A stretch of DNA of 64,000 nucleotides from Chthonomonas calidirosea (GTDB lineage: Bacteria > Armatimonadota > Fimbriimonadia > Fimbriimonadales > Fimbriimonadaceae): contig CAMAPH010000003.1 in assembly GCA_945859975.1 (NCBI GenBank), positions 32,001 through 96,000 of the forward strand, read 5' to 3'. A program made the position numbers and the translations under genes. Below the pieces are notes generated by a model. It was not told the origin of the DNA. It did no database searches and saw nothing but the letters and a program-made list of their open reading frames with translations. This document shows, in pieces, positions 47,018 to 57,198 of the stretch (position 1 is the stretch's first letter; the number at the start of each line of letters is the position of its first letter).

Positions 47018-48624
47018 TACGGTTTTGCCTCCGGGGTATCCGTTTGGAACGTCTCGCGAACGAGTTGCGCCAACTTGTCCCCTTCGTATGGCAATTCTAC
47101 CGTTGAGTTCACATCTTGGCTGCTATGATTCCGCTTGCCAACCCGAAACTCGACGCGCATCGGGGAGCCAACGAGCTTGGTGAGCTGGTCATTGATGTAG
47201 CCTTCGCGCTTGGCGTTCTCCTTAAACCAGTCCACATCGAACTTGCGCGGATGCTCAAGTACGAGGTTTTCACCTTCGATGGTGATGGCCGACACGCCGT
47301 TCAGTTTCTTTTTGTGAGCGACTTCCGGGAGGACACGAAGAAGCTCTGCAAGTAATCCCTCAGCCGAGCTGAGATCTGCCGGCACAACCGGCGCAGTCGC
47401 CACACCAACTTCAGCGGCGGGCTCTTGGACAACTGGAGTTGCAGGAGATGCCGGGGCCACCTCAACCGGTTTAGCCGCCGGTTTTGTAGCGGCCGGAGTG
47501 GGGGCAGGAGCAGGAACAGCCGCTACAACCGCAACCGGTGCCGCACCCGCGTGTTGCGCCAATCGAACGAGTTCAGATTCCAACCAAAGCCGCGGCAAGG
47601 AAATATCGCGAATGACCTTGTGCGCCTCGGCGAACGAAGACCGAAGCCAGAGCAGCGAATCGCGCCCGAGCTGGACGCTGACGTCGTGCATCGATGCCTC
47701 ACGGGTGGCGTCCGGGTCGCGATCAATCTGATAGCTTGCGCGGGTTAGGTCGGAGAGCCGGTAAAGCGCGGATTCCAAAATCGCTCGAGGATCTCGCCCG
47801 GCACGGGTCATGTCCTCAACGAGCTTAATGACGCCAACGACGTCGTTCGCTTTGATAGCAAGCAGGAGTCGATCCGTACTTTCCTCGGGCACCAAGCCGA
47901 GTTGGTCGTAAACCGCTTGAAGCGTGATCTTGCCGTTGGTAGCGACAATCGCCTGCTCTAGCAGGGTCAACGCATCTCGGTATCCGCCGTCGGCCATTCG
48001 GGCGATAGCCGTCACGGCCCCGGGTTCAATTGAGATCCCTTCTTGCTCGGCAACATAACTCAGCCGCGAAACCAAGTCGGCCATTGAGGCCCGGTGAAAC
48101 TCGTACTTTTGGCAGCGAGAGCGGATCGTCGGCGGAACCTTGTTGAACTCCGTGGTCGCAAGAATAAAGACCAGGTGCGCCGGCGGCTCTTCGATGGTTT
48201 TGAGCAAGGCATCAAACGCCGAACGGCTGAGGTCGTGGACTTCGTCGATGATGAAGATGCGGTACCGCGCGATCATCGGTCGGTATTCAGCCACTTCGAC
48301 GATCTTCTCTCGGACCGAATCAACTCCCGACTCCGAAGCGGCGTCTAGCTCGACAACATCAACGCAAGAGCCCTCGGCGATGCTCTTACAAATCGGATCA
48401 TCATCGCTTGGGTTCGGCGTCGGTCCATCGGTCGCGCAGAGGGCCTTTGCTAGCAGTCGTGCGGTCGATGTCTTTCCGGTCCCACGAGGACCCGTGAATA
48501 AATAAGCGTGCGAGATTCGGCCCGAAGTGATGCCGTTCTGGAGGGTGCGAATCACATGGTCCTGCCCAATCAGATCGTTAAAGGTCTGGCTGCGGTATTT
48601 GCGGTAGAGGGAAACCGTGCTCAA
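47017..48624 (-). CDS. dnaX: DNA polymerase III subunit gamma/tau
   Basis: LYRKYR, GPRGTGKTS, DEVH, LLKTIEEPP and SRCQ motifs; TTG start. Confidence 0.97.
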   Translation of the reverse strand: MSTVSLYRKYRSQTFNDLIGQDHVIRTLQNGITSGRISHAYLFTGPRGTGKTSTARLLAKALCATDGPTPNPSDDDPICKSIAEGSCVDVVELDAASESGVDSVREKIVEVAEYRPMIARYRIFIIDEVHDLSRSAFDALLKTIEEPPAHLVFILATTEFNKVPPTIRSRCQKYEFHRASMADLVSRLSYVAEQEGISIEPGAVTAIARMADGGYRDALTLLEQAIVATNGKITLQAVYDQLGLVPEESTDRLLLAIKANDVVGVIKLVEDMTRAGRDPRAILESALYRLSDLTRASYQIDRDPDATREASMHDVSVQLGRDSLLWLRSSFAEAHKVIRDISLPRLWLESELVRLAQHAGAAPVAVVAAVPAPAPTPAATKPAAKPVEVAPASPATPVVQEPAAEVGVATAPVVPADLSSAEGLLAELLRVLPEVAHKKKLNGVSAITIEGENLVLEHPRKFDVDWFKENAKREGYINDQLTKLVGSPMRVEFRVGKRNHSSQDVNSTVELPYEGDKLAQLVRETFQTDTPEAKP

Positions 48625-48627
48625 TGG

Positions 48628-48826
48628 AAGAACCTGACCGAAGGGCTAACGCGAGAGTACCGGGAAGAATGCGTCGCACGGAGAATCGACTTACCGTTGC
48701 TACCTTCCGATCCTGGCGGAGTTCACCAACCTGCCGCCGCGCAGTTCCCGGCTCAAAGAAGGTACCCCGAACGGCTAAATCCTCGGGAACTCGTACCTAT
48801 GTTTTCCCGTTACCGTGCAAGTGGCG
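48628..48826 (-). ncRNA. ffs: Signal recognition particle RNA (core ~48659-48751; ends approximate)
   Basis: Minus strand GCCAGGATCGGAAGGTAGCAACGG helix-8 signature within a long hairpin; conserved position upstream of dnaX. Confidence 0.85.
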
Positions 48827-48919
48827 GAACCTAGTATGTCGACGGCCTAGATTTAGGAATCGTCCCGCATAATGCAAACGGGTTTGTCGTAGAACCTCGG
48901 GGAAAGGGAGAACGGGAAT

Positions 48920-49870
48920 TTGGAGATCACAGAAGTTTCGCGTCTAGCAAGCAAGATCGTCGCCGCCGTAGAGACGGCCATCGTAGGTAAGCGAGAAACG
49001 GTTGAACGCTCGGTTCTCACCATGTTGTGCGGAGGGCACTTGTTGCTCGAAGACATTCCCGGCGTCGGAAAAACAACGCTCGCCAAGGCGCTTTCACGAG
49101 CCATCGGCGGCGAATTCCGCCGTGTGCAGTTCACGCCCGACCTCCTCCCGAGCGACGTTACCGGAAGCTCCATCTTCAACCAGAAGACATCGGAGTTCGA
49201 GTTCCGCCCCGGCCCTATTTTTGGAAACGTCGTCTTGGCGGATGAAATCAACCGCGCCACGCCGAAGACGCAAAGCTCGCTTCTGGAAGCCATGGAAGAG
49301 CGACAGGTCTCGCTAGACGGCGAGCCCCGAATGCTGCCGAATCCGTTCTTCGTCCTTGCCACGCAGAACAACCTAGAAATGACCGGCACCTATCCGTTGC
49401 CGGAAGCCCAGCTCGACCGATTCTTTGCCCGACTTTCCCTGGGCTACCCCGACAAAGCTGGAGAAATCGCCGTCCTGTCATCCCAGCAGAAGCACCACCC
49501 GGTCGACGATATTGTGCCCGTGGTGAGCCTCGAAGAAATGATCGCGATGCAAGAAGCGGTTCGAACCGTGTTCGTCCACGAAAAGCTGAAGGAGTACGTC
49601 GTTGACGTCGTCCGAGCCACCCGGGAAAGCACCCAGTTGCTCATGGGTGCCTCGCCTCGTGGATCGCTCCACCTCATGCGCGCCGCCCAGGCTGCCGCCG
49701 CGATGGCCGGAGAAACCCAGGTTCGCCCCGAGCACGTGAAGTCCCTTGCGCCGGCCGTTCTGGCTCACCGAGTGATTGCACGAGCCGAACTTAGAAGTCA
49801 GGGCATTACGCCAGAAATGGCGATCATCAAGATGCTCGACAGCGTTCCTGCCCCGGTTCCTGTGAACTAA
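48920..49870 (+). CDS. MoxR family AAA+ ATPase
   Basis: LLEDIPGVGKT, QFTPDLLPSD, DEINRATPKTQS and YPLPEAQLDRF motifs. Confidence 0.95.
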   Translation: MEITEVSRLASKIVAAVETAIVGKRETVERSVLTMLCGGHLLLEDIPGVGKTTLAKALSRAIGGEFRRVQFTPDLLPSDVTGSSIFNQKTSEFEFRPGPIFGNVVLADEINRATPKTQSSLLEAMEERQVSLDGEPRMLPNPFFVLATQNNLEMTGTYPLPEAQLDRFFARLSLGYPDKAGEIAVLSSQQKHHPVDDIVPVVSLEEMIAMQEAVRTVFVHEKLKEYVVDVVRATRESTQLLMGASPRGSLHLMRAAQAAAAMAGETQVRPEHVKSLAPAVLAHRVIARAELRSQGITPEMAIIKMLDSVPAPVPVN

Positions 49871-49874
49871 ACAA

Positions 49875-51071
49875 ATGCGAAACGTCGCCGGATTCTCGCT
49901 CACGCTGGCTTCCATTTTCCTTGCGGTGGTGGCGGTGCTCATTCAAGCGCCGTCGCTCTTCTACATGGGAACGGCCCTGTTTGCGACTATCGGCGGCAGC
50001 AACTTGCAGGCATGGCTAGCAGTACGCGGTCTGCGCTTCGAGCGAATCGCGCCGAGTTCGGTTCGGATTGGCGACTTGGTCACGATCGAAATCGCGATAT
50101 GGAGCGAACGCCGTATCCGCCGCCCACTCATTTCGGTGCTCGACAAGTTGCCGGGCCGACTGCGGGTGCAGAGCCTGACTCCCAGCCTTCCCGTTGCACC
50201 GGCCTTTGATACGCCCATCGTCACGCAGTACCAATTTCGCGCTCTTCGGCGCGGTCGGTATCGCTGGAGCGGACTTACCGTCTCCGGAACCGACGCCCTC
50301 GGCCTCGTGACCAAAAAGAAGGATTACGAGACGGAGACGACGGAGATCACGATTGTCCCACGTCCGATTCCGGTCTCAATCGAACTGCCCGTCGCCGCCG
50401 GGTGGGGCATAAGCGAAGCCGAAAGCGGCCAAACCCGCGGCGCAGGAATTGAACCTCGCGGTATTCGCGAATACTCGCACGGCGACTCCCTCCGGCACGT
50501 TCACTGGCGCTCCACCGCCCGAACCGGTCGCCTGCTGGTGAAAGAATTTGAAGCCGGTACTCACGCCGCCGCCGCATTCCTGTTCCAACGAACAAGGGGT
50601 ACCGACCTGGCCAGCGATTCTATCGGCTCGCTCGATATGATGTGCGGACACGTACTTTTCCTGGCCGATATGTTCATCCAGCAAGGCGCGCGAGTGGAAC
50701 TTCCGGGCTTGGACAATGCCGCGAGCCACTTGTTGCCAACCGAGCGAATTCGGGAAATCAGCGAAGTGCTCGCGACCATTGCCGACGACTCCGGTTCGAC
50801 CGTCAGCGAGGAACTCGCTCGAACCGATGGCCAATTGCCGCCGGGCTCGGTTGTGTTTGTACTGCTTTCGGTCGCGGACCCGAACTTAGCCGGAATCATG
50901 CCTCGGCTCGCCGTTCGAGGCACGACGATTGTCCCGTTACTCTATGATGCCCACGGGTTCGATCCGAAGTTTAAAGGGGTCAGCGCCACCAACCCGGACT
51001 TTATTGCCGGTCTCCGCGCCGGCGGGGCTAGCCCGTTTGTGATGCCAATCGACGGAGGGGAATATGCTTAA
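49875..51071 (+). CDS. DUF58 domain protein
   Basis: IREYSHGDSLRHVHWRSTARTGRLLVKEFE. Confidence 0.92.
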   Translation: MRNVAGFSLTLASIFLAVVAVLIQAPSLFYMGTALFATIGGSNLQAWLAVRGLRFERIAPSSVRIGDLVTIEIAIWSERRIRRPLISVLDKLPGRLRVQSLTPSLPVAPAFDTPIVTQYQFRALRRGRYRWSGLTVSGTDALGLVTKKKDYETETTEITIVPRPIPVSIELPVAAGWGISEAESGQTRGAGIEPRGIREYSHGDSLRHVHWRSTARTGRLLVKEFEAGTHAAAAFLFQRTRGTDLASDSIGSLDMMCGHVLFLADMFIQQGARVELPGLDNAASHLLPTERIREISEVLATIADDSGSTVSEELARTDGQLPPGSVVFVLLSVADPNLAGIMPRLAVRGTTIVPLLYDAHGFDPKFKGVSATNPDFIAGLRAGGASPFVMPIDGGEYA

Positions 51072-53124
51072 TTTGAGCCTGCGCGCCTCAACCGCGCCAC
51101 GAGATCGAAGCAAGATCAACACGTTGGACTACCTGCTCATGACGGTTGGCAGCATGCTTGCGGCCTACTCCGCCGGAATGGGAATCAACCAGCCAGAGGT
51201 GGGCATGTTCTTCGTCCGCCTCATCGCCGTCGGCACCGTTTTCAGCTTCTTTGTCCGCCGATTGCTTGGGGATTCCTGGTTAATCAAAGCGGACGGATTT
51301 CTCTATGCCGTGCTTGGGCTGATCGCCGTCACCCAGTCTCAGAGCTTGAACAGCCTGCTGCCGGGCGAGCCGTTTCCTCGCGCGCTGTTGGCCGCAAGCT
51401 GGCTAGGCTGGATGCTCACGCTCGGCAGTTTTGTGACTTGGCGCGACGGAACGTTGCTCTTCCAGGCCATTCCGGCCATTGCCCTCTTCGGCCTGGTCGG
51501 CGTTTACGACACCTACCGAGACGTTACGTTCAACTTCTTCGGCTTCCTGTTGTGTCTGGCCACCCTCTTCTCCCGCGCTCATGGCCGAGACATGCTGCGG
51601 CTGGTCATCGAGTCCGGTTTTGCGGGTCGTGCCGAGCAAAAGAGCCGCGTCCAGTCGGCCGTGCGGCAAGACCAAGCCCTGTATGAACGGATGCGCATGG
51701 GACCTTGGCAGTGGATGGCCGGGCCAGAATGGGCTTTGCTTTCCGCCCTCGTCATCGTCGGCCTCAGTTTGCTCGGCGCGCCCGTTATCCAAGCCACCGT
51801 CCAAACCGTGGCTTCGAACGTTAAGGTCACGGTTCCCACCTCGGCGGTGCCGCAAAACACACGCGGAAACACCATTCGGGATGTCGCCGAGCTCAGGGTC
51901 GGCAACGGCCCCAACGCGGGGCTCACCGCAAGACCGCTTTATGAATACTCCGCCACCGGCGGAAACAGCTACCTCCGCTCGTCCATCTACGACAATTACA
52001 CCGGCTCCGGATGGGATCGAGAGTACAACGGAGCCTACAACCAAGCCCAGCAATGGATTGCTGAACCGGCTCAATTCACCTTTACAATCACCCGACTCAC
52101 CCCCGCGTTCACCCTTCCCGCCCCAGCGGAAGTGGTGGTATGGAACGAGCCGGACGAGATTCGCCCCTCGAACTATGGCACCTACAACGTAGATGCCCAA
52201 TCTGGCCGAACGAGCTTCGCCGGCAGCGCCATCGAACCTGCGGAAGACTCCGGCTACGAAATTTCGCTTGCCACCGAGTTTGCGGAAACGACCCTTGTTC
52301 GGAAGCCGCGAGTTCCAAAGCGTGTGAAGGACTTCGTCGCAAAAGCCATCAAAGGGGCAAAGACGGACCGTGAGAAAGCTGACCGCTTGCGCGTCGCAAT
52401 CGGCAACCAATGCCTGTACAACATCAAAGCAGAAGCCGTTCCGAGCGGCTCCGACCCGGTTGATCACTTCCTTTTCGTGAGCAAAGAGGGCTATTGCGAC
52501 CTCTTCGCCACCACGATGACCGTGTTAGCCCGCGAGGCCGGATTACCCGCTCGCTACGTCCAGGGCTTCTTGCCCGATCCATTCAACAAGGATGGCGCGA
52601 GTCGCCAGTTGGTTCTGGAAAAGGACTACCACGCGTGGTGCGAGATCCTCTTTGAGGACTATGGCTGGGTGGTCTACGATGCGACGGGTGACGCCCAATC
52701 CGTTCCCGGCGGAGAGCGGGGCACCGCCACATCTACCGTGCCGTTTTATCAAAGCGACGAGTTCCGGCGTTTGGTCGATGGCGGAGTGATCTTCCTCGGC
52801 GTAATCGTGGTCGCAGCCGTTGCTTACGTTCGGTTGCGCCCGAGCGGAACCATCGTTCGGCGTCGCGAGATTGACCGCGTGGCCGTTGAGTTTGTAAAGA
52901 TGCTCGAGCGTCGCACGAAACAGCGCCGCCGGGTGAGTCAAACCCTGGGCGAGTACGTGCGTTCGCTTGGAGATAAACTCACGAACCCAGAGGAAGCTAG
53001 CCGCTTGGCCGAGGTAATCGCGATCGGGATGTACGCCCCGGAACCTCCTGCAGACGAGACCGTTAAAACGATCCGTAAGCAGATTGCAGCGCTCAAAGCT
53101 AGTCTTCGAAACCAAAAATCGTGA
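51064..53124 (+). CDS. Membrane transglutaminase-like protein (TgpA-like)
   Basis: N-terminal TM bundle; GYCDLFAT, PARYVQGF, HAWCE and YDAT catalytic triad. Confidence 0.9.
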   Translation: MLNLSLRASTAPRDRSKINTLDYLLMTVGSMLAAYSAGMGINQPEVGMFFVRLIAVGTVFSFFVRRLLGDSWLIKADGFLYAVLGLIAVTQSQSLNSLLPGEPFPRALLAASWLGWMLTLGSFVTWRDGTLLFQAIPAIALFGLVGVYDTYRDVTFNFFGFLLCLATLFSRAHGRDMLRLVIESGFAGRAEQKSRVQSAVRQDQALYERMRMGPWQWMAGPEWALLSALVIVGLSLLGAPVIQATVQTVASNVKVTVPTSAVPQNTRGNTIRDVAELRVGNGPNAGLTARPLYEYSATGGNSYLRSSIYDNYTGSGWDREYNGAYNQAQQWIAEPAQFTFTITRLTPAFTLPAPAEVVVWNEPDEIRPSNYGTYNVDAQSGRTSFAGSAIEPAEDSGYEISLATEFAETTLVRKPRVPKRVKDFVAKAIKGAKTDREKADRLRVAIGNQCLYNIKAEAVPSGSDPVDHFLFVSKEGYCDLFATTMTVLAREAGLPARYVQGFLPDPFNKDGASRQLVLEKDYHAWCEILFEDYGWVVYDATGDAQSVPGGERGTATSTVPFYQSDEFRRLVDGGVIFLGVIVVAAVAYVRLRPSGTIVRRREIDRVAVEFVKMLERRTKQRRRVSQTLGEYVRSLGDKLTNPEEASRLAEVIAIGMYAPEPPADETVKTIRKQIAALKASLRNQKS

Positions 53125-54194
53125 GTGATGTCAAGAAAGCCGCCGCCAAGAGCCTCGTCCTGATTTCGGGCGACGAGCCGACGCTGCGCGACCACGCCCT
53201 CACCGATTTGCTCTTTGCCGCCGAAGTCACGAAGGACGATTTTGAGACGGAGATGATGGACGGCGATACGTCTGACCCTGCCACCTGGGCCGCAAGCGCA
53301 GGGACCGCACCGTTCATGGCCGTGAGGCGAACCGTGATCGTTCGGCACCTCTTGCGCCGCGATGCTGACCTGAAATCCACTGCTCTGCACGGCCTGCCCC
53401 CGACCGCGCTGGTCATCTTGATGGCCGACGACGCCAGCGGGGACGAATCTCGCCTTGCCACGCGGCGAAAGAACTGGGAGAAGCTCGTGGTGGCCGCCGG
53501 TGGAGCCGTGTTGGCCCCGAACGCGAGTGGAGAGAAGGCAGTCGACGAGCTTAAGGCGCTTGCGGCAAAGCAAGGCAAGCAGATCAGCGGCCCGGCGCTC
53601 GATACGTTGCTTGAGATGTGTGGCGGCGGCTTTAGCCGGGCGGCGGAAGAGCTCGACAAGTTATGCCTTTACGCCAACGACGAAGCGCAGATCAAGGAAT
53701 CCGACGTCCGCGCCATCGTGGTTCCCGCCCGAGAATGGAACGTATTCTCCATGATGGACGGCATCCTAAAGAACGATGTCGCAAGCGCGTTGCGGCAGTT
53801 GCGGATCTTGGTGAACAACTCCGACAAGGCCGATGCCGCCATTTTTGGCAACATCCTGCCCCAGACCTTACGAGCGGTACGCCTGCTCTACCAAGCCCGA
53901 GTTTGCCACGAAGCGCAGGTTCAACCTTCGAACGCATCCGAAAGCCTCGCCGCTCAGTTCCCCAGCAAACCGAACATTTGCCGCGAAAAGCCGTACACCC
54001 AACGCACCTACATGACCGCAGCGCAGAACGTCTCCCTCGGAAGAATCGAAGGTTGCTTCCAGATTCTCGCCGATACTGATGCGAAGCTGAAAGGCGCCCT
54101 GCCAGCATTCTCGCGGATTGAGACTTTGGAGATGATGATTTTGGAGATGGCAAACCGAATTCACCGAAAAGCGCCGGTTCGTTCCGGCCGCTAA
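53121..54194 (+). CDS. holA: DNA polymerase III subunit delta
   Basis: LISGDE, PFMAVRR, ELDKLCLY, NVFSMMD and DAKLKG motifs. Confidence 0.85.
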   Translation: MSDVKKAAAKSLVLISGDEPTLRDHALTDLLFAAEVTKDDFETEMMDGDTSDPATWAASAGTAPFMAVRRTVIVRHLLRRDADLKSTALHGLPPTALVILMADDASGDESRLATRRKNWEKLVVAAGGAVLAPNASGEKAVDELKALAAKQGKQISGPALDTLLEMCGGGFSRAAEELDKLCLYANDEAQIKESDVRAIVVPAREWNVFSMMDGILKNDVASALRQLRILVNNSDKADAAIFGNILPQTLRAVRLLYQARVCHEAQVQPSNASESLAAQFPSKPNICREKPYTQRTYMTAAQNVSLGRIEGCFQILADTDAKLKGALPAFSRIETLEMMILEMANRIHRKAPVRSGR

Positions 54195-54221
54195 TATCCA
54201 AAGCTGGCTTATACTTTTTCG

Positions 54222-55586
54222 GTGGATGCGGCGGACAAACGGGCGCGAAGAAAAGGATGCCTACGCGTCGGCCTTGTTTTCGTAGCTGGACTTGTCGCTT
54301 TGACCGCCGTCGGAGTCTTCACCTATTCAAGATTTGCTATGTCGGAACGTGACGAAGAGTTTACGCTGGCCGTAGCGGCTGGATTGCCTAAGTCTTGGGA
54401 GGATCTCCGCCAGACCTACAACCCAGACCGTGACGCCCGCGAACCGCTGAAGGCTTTCTCCGAGGAATGGGCGGCCGCGGACAAGCGCGCAGAAGATGCC
54501 GCACTAAAAGCGGGTCGGAGAAACGACAACTTCTTCAAACTGGAAATCGTTCGCACCCATCCTGAATTCGAAATCATGGTGCGCGAGGTTCTATCTCGCT
54601 CCGAACTCAGCATGTTCGATCAGCCGGAACTGGGATTTCAGGTCAACTTCGGTCGCCTCACCCAAACAAAGTCGGTGATGAACTACACCCGCGCCAAAGC
54701 GGCAGTCCTCTCGAAAGCCGGTGATCCGATCGCGGCGCTGAAGACATTACAGGAATCGAGCAAGCTCCTCAGCCTAATTAGACAAGACTCTAGCACCCTG
54801 ATTGCAGAGTTGGTTGGTTCGACCAACGAAGCGATCTTGCTGAAATCGGCGCAGCAGATCCTCCAAAAGCATGGTCGACAACCAGCAGTTCAAACCGAAG
54901 CGCTCCGGTTCCTCGACAAGCTCGGTCGACCGGGAGACGTGAAGCGCGCGCTTATCGGCGAATTTGCCGGGCAACTGGTTGAAGAGCACGCGCTTGCAAC
55001 AAAGGGCGAGGCGTACTACGACAAATTCTTGGGGCTAGAACCGATGCCCTTTGAAGATGGAGAAGAAGAAGATAAAGACCCGCAAGCGGAGGCCCTTCGA
55101 TTACGATTGCATATTCCCGGCACGCGCGATGGCCTATTTAAGAATCTGTACCGCGCATTTCGTGAGCTCTACGCAGATCTTCCAGATGACCCGACCGACG
55201 GTTTTGCTCGGCTTCAAGTCGCAAAGAAGCATTCGAAGATCGCCGCAGAAAAAACCGGGACCATGGACTTTCTAATTCCGATGACGATAGGAACCGCCAC
55301 CAGTGCCGTCAATTCAGACCTGCGTGGACTCGTTTATCGACGCGCTCTCAAGGCGCTCATCCTCGCCCAGCAGATTCGCACGAAGACCGGAAACTTCCCA
55401 ACCGAACTGCCACTATCCGGACAAGAGGCGATTGACCCATTCTCCAGAGAGAAGTTGAAGTTTAAGCAGATTGATGATCATCTCGTCGCCTACAGCGTGG
55501 GGGAAGACGGTGTGGACAACGGAGGAATGGATGCGATCAGTTGGACGATGTTCGCCAAAGATATCGGATACAGCATTCCGCTATAG
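54222..55586 (+). CDS. Hypothetical membrane-anchored protein
   Basis: N-terminal TM; C-terminal DPFS...YSVGEDGVDNGG motif. Confidence 0.7.
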   Translation: MDAADKRARRKGCLRVGLVFVAGLVALTAVGVFTYSRFAMSERDEEFTLAVAAGLPKSWEDLRQTYNPDRDAREPLKAFSEEWAAADKRAEDAALKAGRRNDNFFKLEIVRTHPEFEIMVREVLSRSELSMFDQPELGFQVNFGRLTQTKSVMNYTRAKAAVLSKAGDPIAALKTLQESSKLLSLIRQDSSTLIAELVGSTNEAILLKSAQQILQKHGRQPAVQTEALRFLDKLGRPGDVKRALIGEFAGQLVEEHALATKGEAYYDKFLGLEPMPFEDGEEEDKDPQAEALRLRLHIPGTRDGLFKNLYRAFRELYADLPDDPTDGFARLQVAKKHSKIAAEKTGTMDFLIPMTIGTATSAVNSDLRGLVYRRALKALILAQQIRTKTGNFPTELPLSGQEAIDPFSREKLKFKQIDDHLVAYSVGEDGVDNGGMDAISWTMFAKDIGYSIPL

Positions 55587-55624
55587 CTGAAGTTAGCAAC
55601 TGAAGCGGCGTAGAGGAGCCGGAG

Positions 55625-57154
55625 CTATCTCATCACTTCAACCGACACCACGCTCTCCGGCGCGGCGATGAAATTGACCGTTGCACCGAGCTTGACCGGC
55701 ACGGATCGCGACGTGTCGAACGTCGGTGCGCCGAAGGCAAATCCGCGTGCGCGGCGGCCCTTGAAGCCTTTGGTAGCGATCGCAAAACTCATCGGCTCCT
55801 TGGTCTTATTGATCGCAACCAGCGTCATTCGTCGCGAGTTACGCTTGTCGACTGCCGCATAAACCGAGTTCATTTCGGGTCGCTGCCCGGTGACGGCAAG
55901 CGCGGTATCTCCGAACTTCGCGCCCTTGCCATCAAAATTGATGAAGGCCCGGAAGCCGCCGAGTTGCGCGGTGTCCGTGGCGCTCATTCCCCAGTTGCAT
56001 GCGGCGAATACCCCGTATCGGCCAAAGAGCCCGAGCACGTCGGCCTGCGCGACGAGTCCACTGGCAACCTTACCGCCGCCGTAGTTGTATTCAGAGATAC
56101 CGAGTTTGGTACCCGGATAGTTCTTCGAAATCTGCGCCTGAACGCGAGGAAGCAGCACGATCGGCTTCTTACCCAGCACGTCGGCAATCCAACTCGTTTC
56201 CACGTAAGACGCGTCCCAAAGCGAACGGGGGGCTTGAATTCTTGCCGCCGGGGTTCCTGGCTTGTCCTCTCCCCAAGCGATGCGAACATCGTCCCCGCGA
56301 GCTTCTGGGTACCAGTGAATGTCGACCACGTCGAGCAGTCGCTTGCCGGCTTTCAGCTCGGCGCGACGCATTTCCTGCAAGTACACGTCTAGGAAGTCGC
56401 GGCCGTTGCCGTCCGGGGCACCCTGGAAAGTGCGGAAACCCTGCCAGCCATAATTCGCAGGTCCAAAGACAAGCGCTCTTGGGGCGACCGCCTTGATGGC
56501 GCTCGCGTACTCCTGATTGATCGAGATGATTTGAGCGTAGGTCGGGTTCTTTTGCCAAACCCGCTGGTGGGTGCTTCCCCAAAGGTCCGGCTCGTTGTCA
56601 ACGCTGTACCAGGCCGCCGTGTTCCGCGCCCGCGTTTTCTCGACCCAAGCGACAAACTCATCCTGAAAGACCAGCTTATCCTCCAAATCAGGTGGGTATT
56701 GGAACTTGCCCGGCTTACGGGCCAACGACTTGTGGAAGCGCACGTTCAAGTAGTCAGGCGTTTTGGCTACATCACCATCGGCATTCTTATCCGCGGAAAC
56801 ATGGCCCATGGCGGGCACGGTGAGAAGGAGGGTGGCACCGTTTGCTTGAGCAGGTCGAACGAAGTTACTGACCGTCCAGCCGGGCTCGTTGCTGGTGCCC
56901 ATGTAGCCGTCGTTCTGATGTTGGTAATCGTTGCCGGCGTTGCTGGCGTTTGTTTCCCAGTTATACGCCGACATCCGGTTTCCGCCCTGTCGCGCCAAGG
57001 TGAAACCGCGGCCCATCTTTGACCAGTCCGGGAAGTTCAGCCCGTAAATGTACGGCGAGATCGGCTTCTTCACCGTCGCATCAACGGTGATCGTCGCCGT
57101 AGTCTGGACGGCGGGCAAGACAACAAGGGCCGAAACTAGATTCAACATCGACAT
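55625..57154 (-). CDS. GH44 endoglucanase
   Basis: ISPYIYG, GGNRMSAYNWETNASNAG, DNEPDLW and ISEYNYGG motifs. Confidence 0.9.
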   Translation of the reverse strand: MSMLNLVSALVVLPAVQTTATITVDATVKKPISPYIYGLNFPDWSKMGRGFTLARQGGNRMSAYNWETNASNAGNDYQHQNDGYMGTSNEPGWTVSNFVRPAQANGATLLLTVPAMGHVSADKNADGDVAKTPDYLNVRFHKSLARKPGKFQYPPDLEDKLVFQDEFVAWVEKTRARNTAAWYSVDNEPDLWGSTHQRVWQKNPTYAQIISINQEYASAIKAVAPRALVFGPANYGWQGFRTFQGAPDGNGRDFLDVYLQEMRRAELKAGKRLLDVVDIHWYPEARGDDVRIAWGEDKPGTPAARIQAPRSLWDASYVETSWIADVLGKKPIVLLPRVQAQISKNYPGTKLGISEYNYGGGKVASGLVAQADVLGLFGRYGVFAACNWGMSATDTAQLGGFRAFINFDGKGAKFGDTALAVTGQRPEMNSVYAAVDKRNSRRMTLVAINKTKEPMSFAIATKGFKGRRARGFAFGAPTFDTSRSVPVKLGATVNFIAAPESVVSVEVMR

Positions 57155-57198
57155 CTATTTCGTCACCATACCCCCGGCTTCAGTCGCATACTAATGAT

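Noticed and set aside
47308..47314. Possible dnaX -1 frameshift site (C AAA AAG, codon ~438, similar position to E. coli)
   Set aside because: Not a full A AAA AAG heptamer, and the flanking SD and hairpin stimulators are weak, so gamma production cannot be supported.
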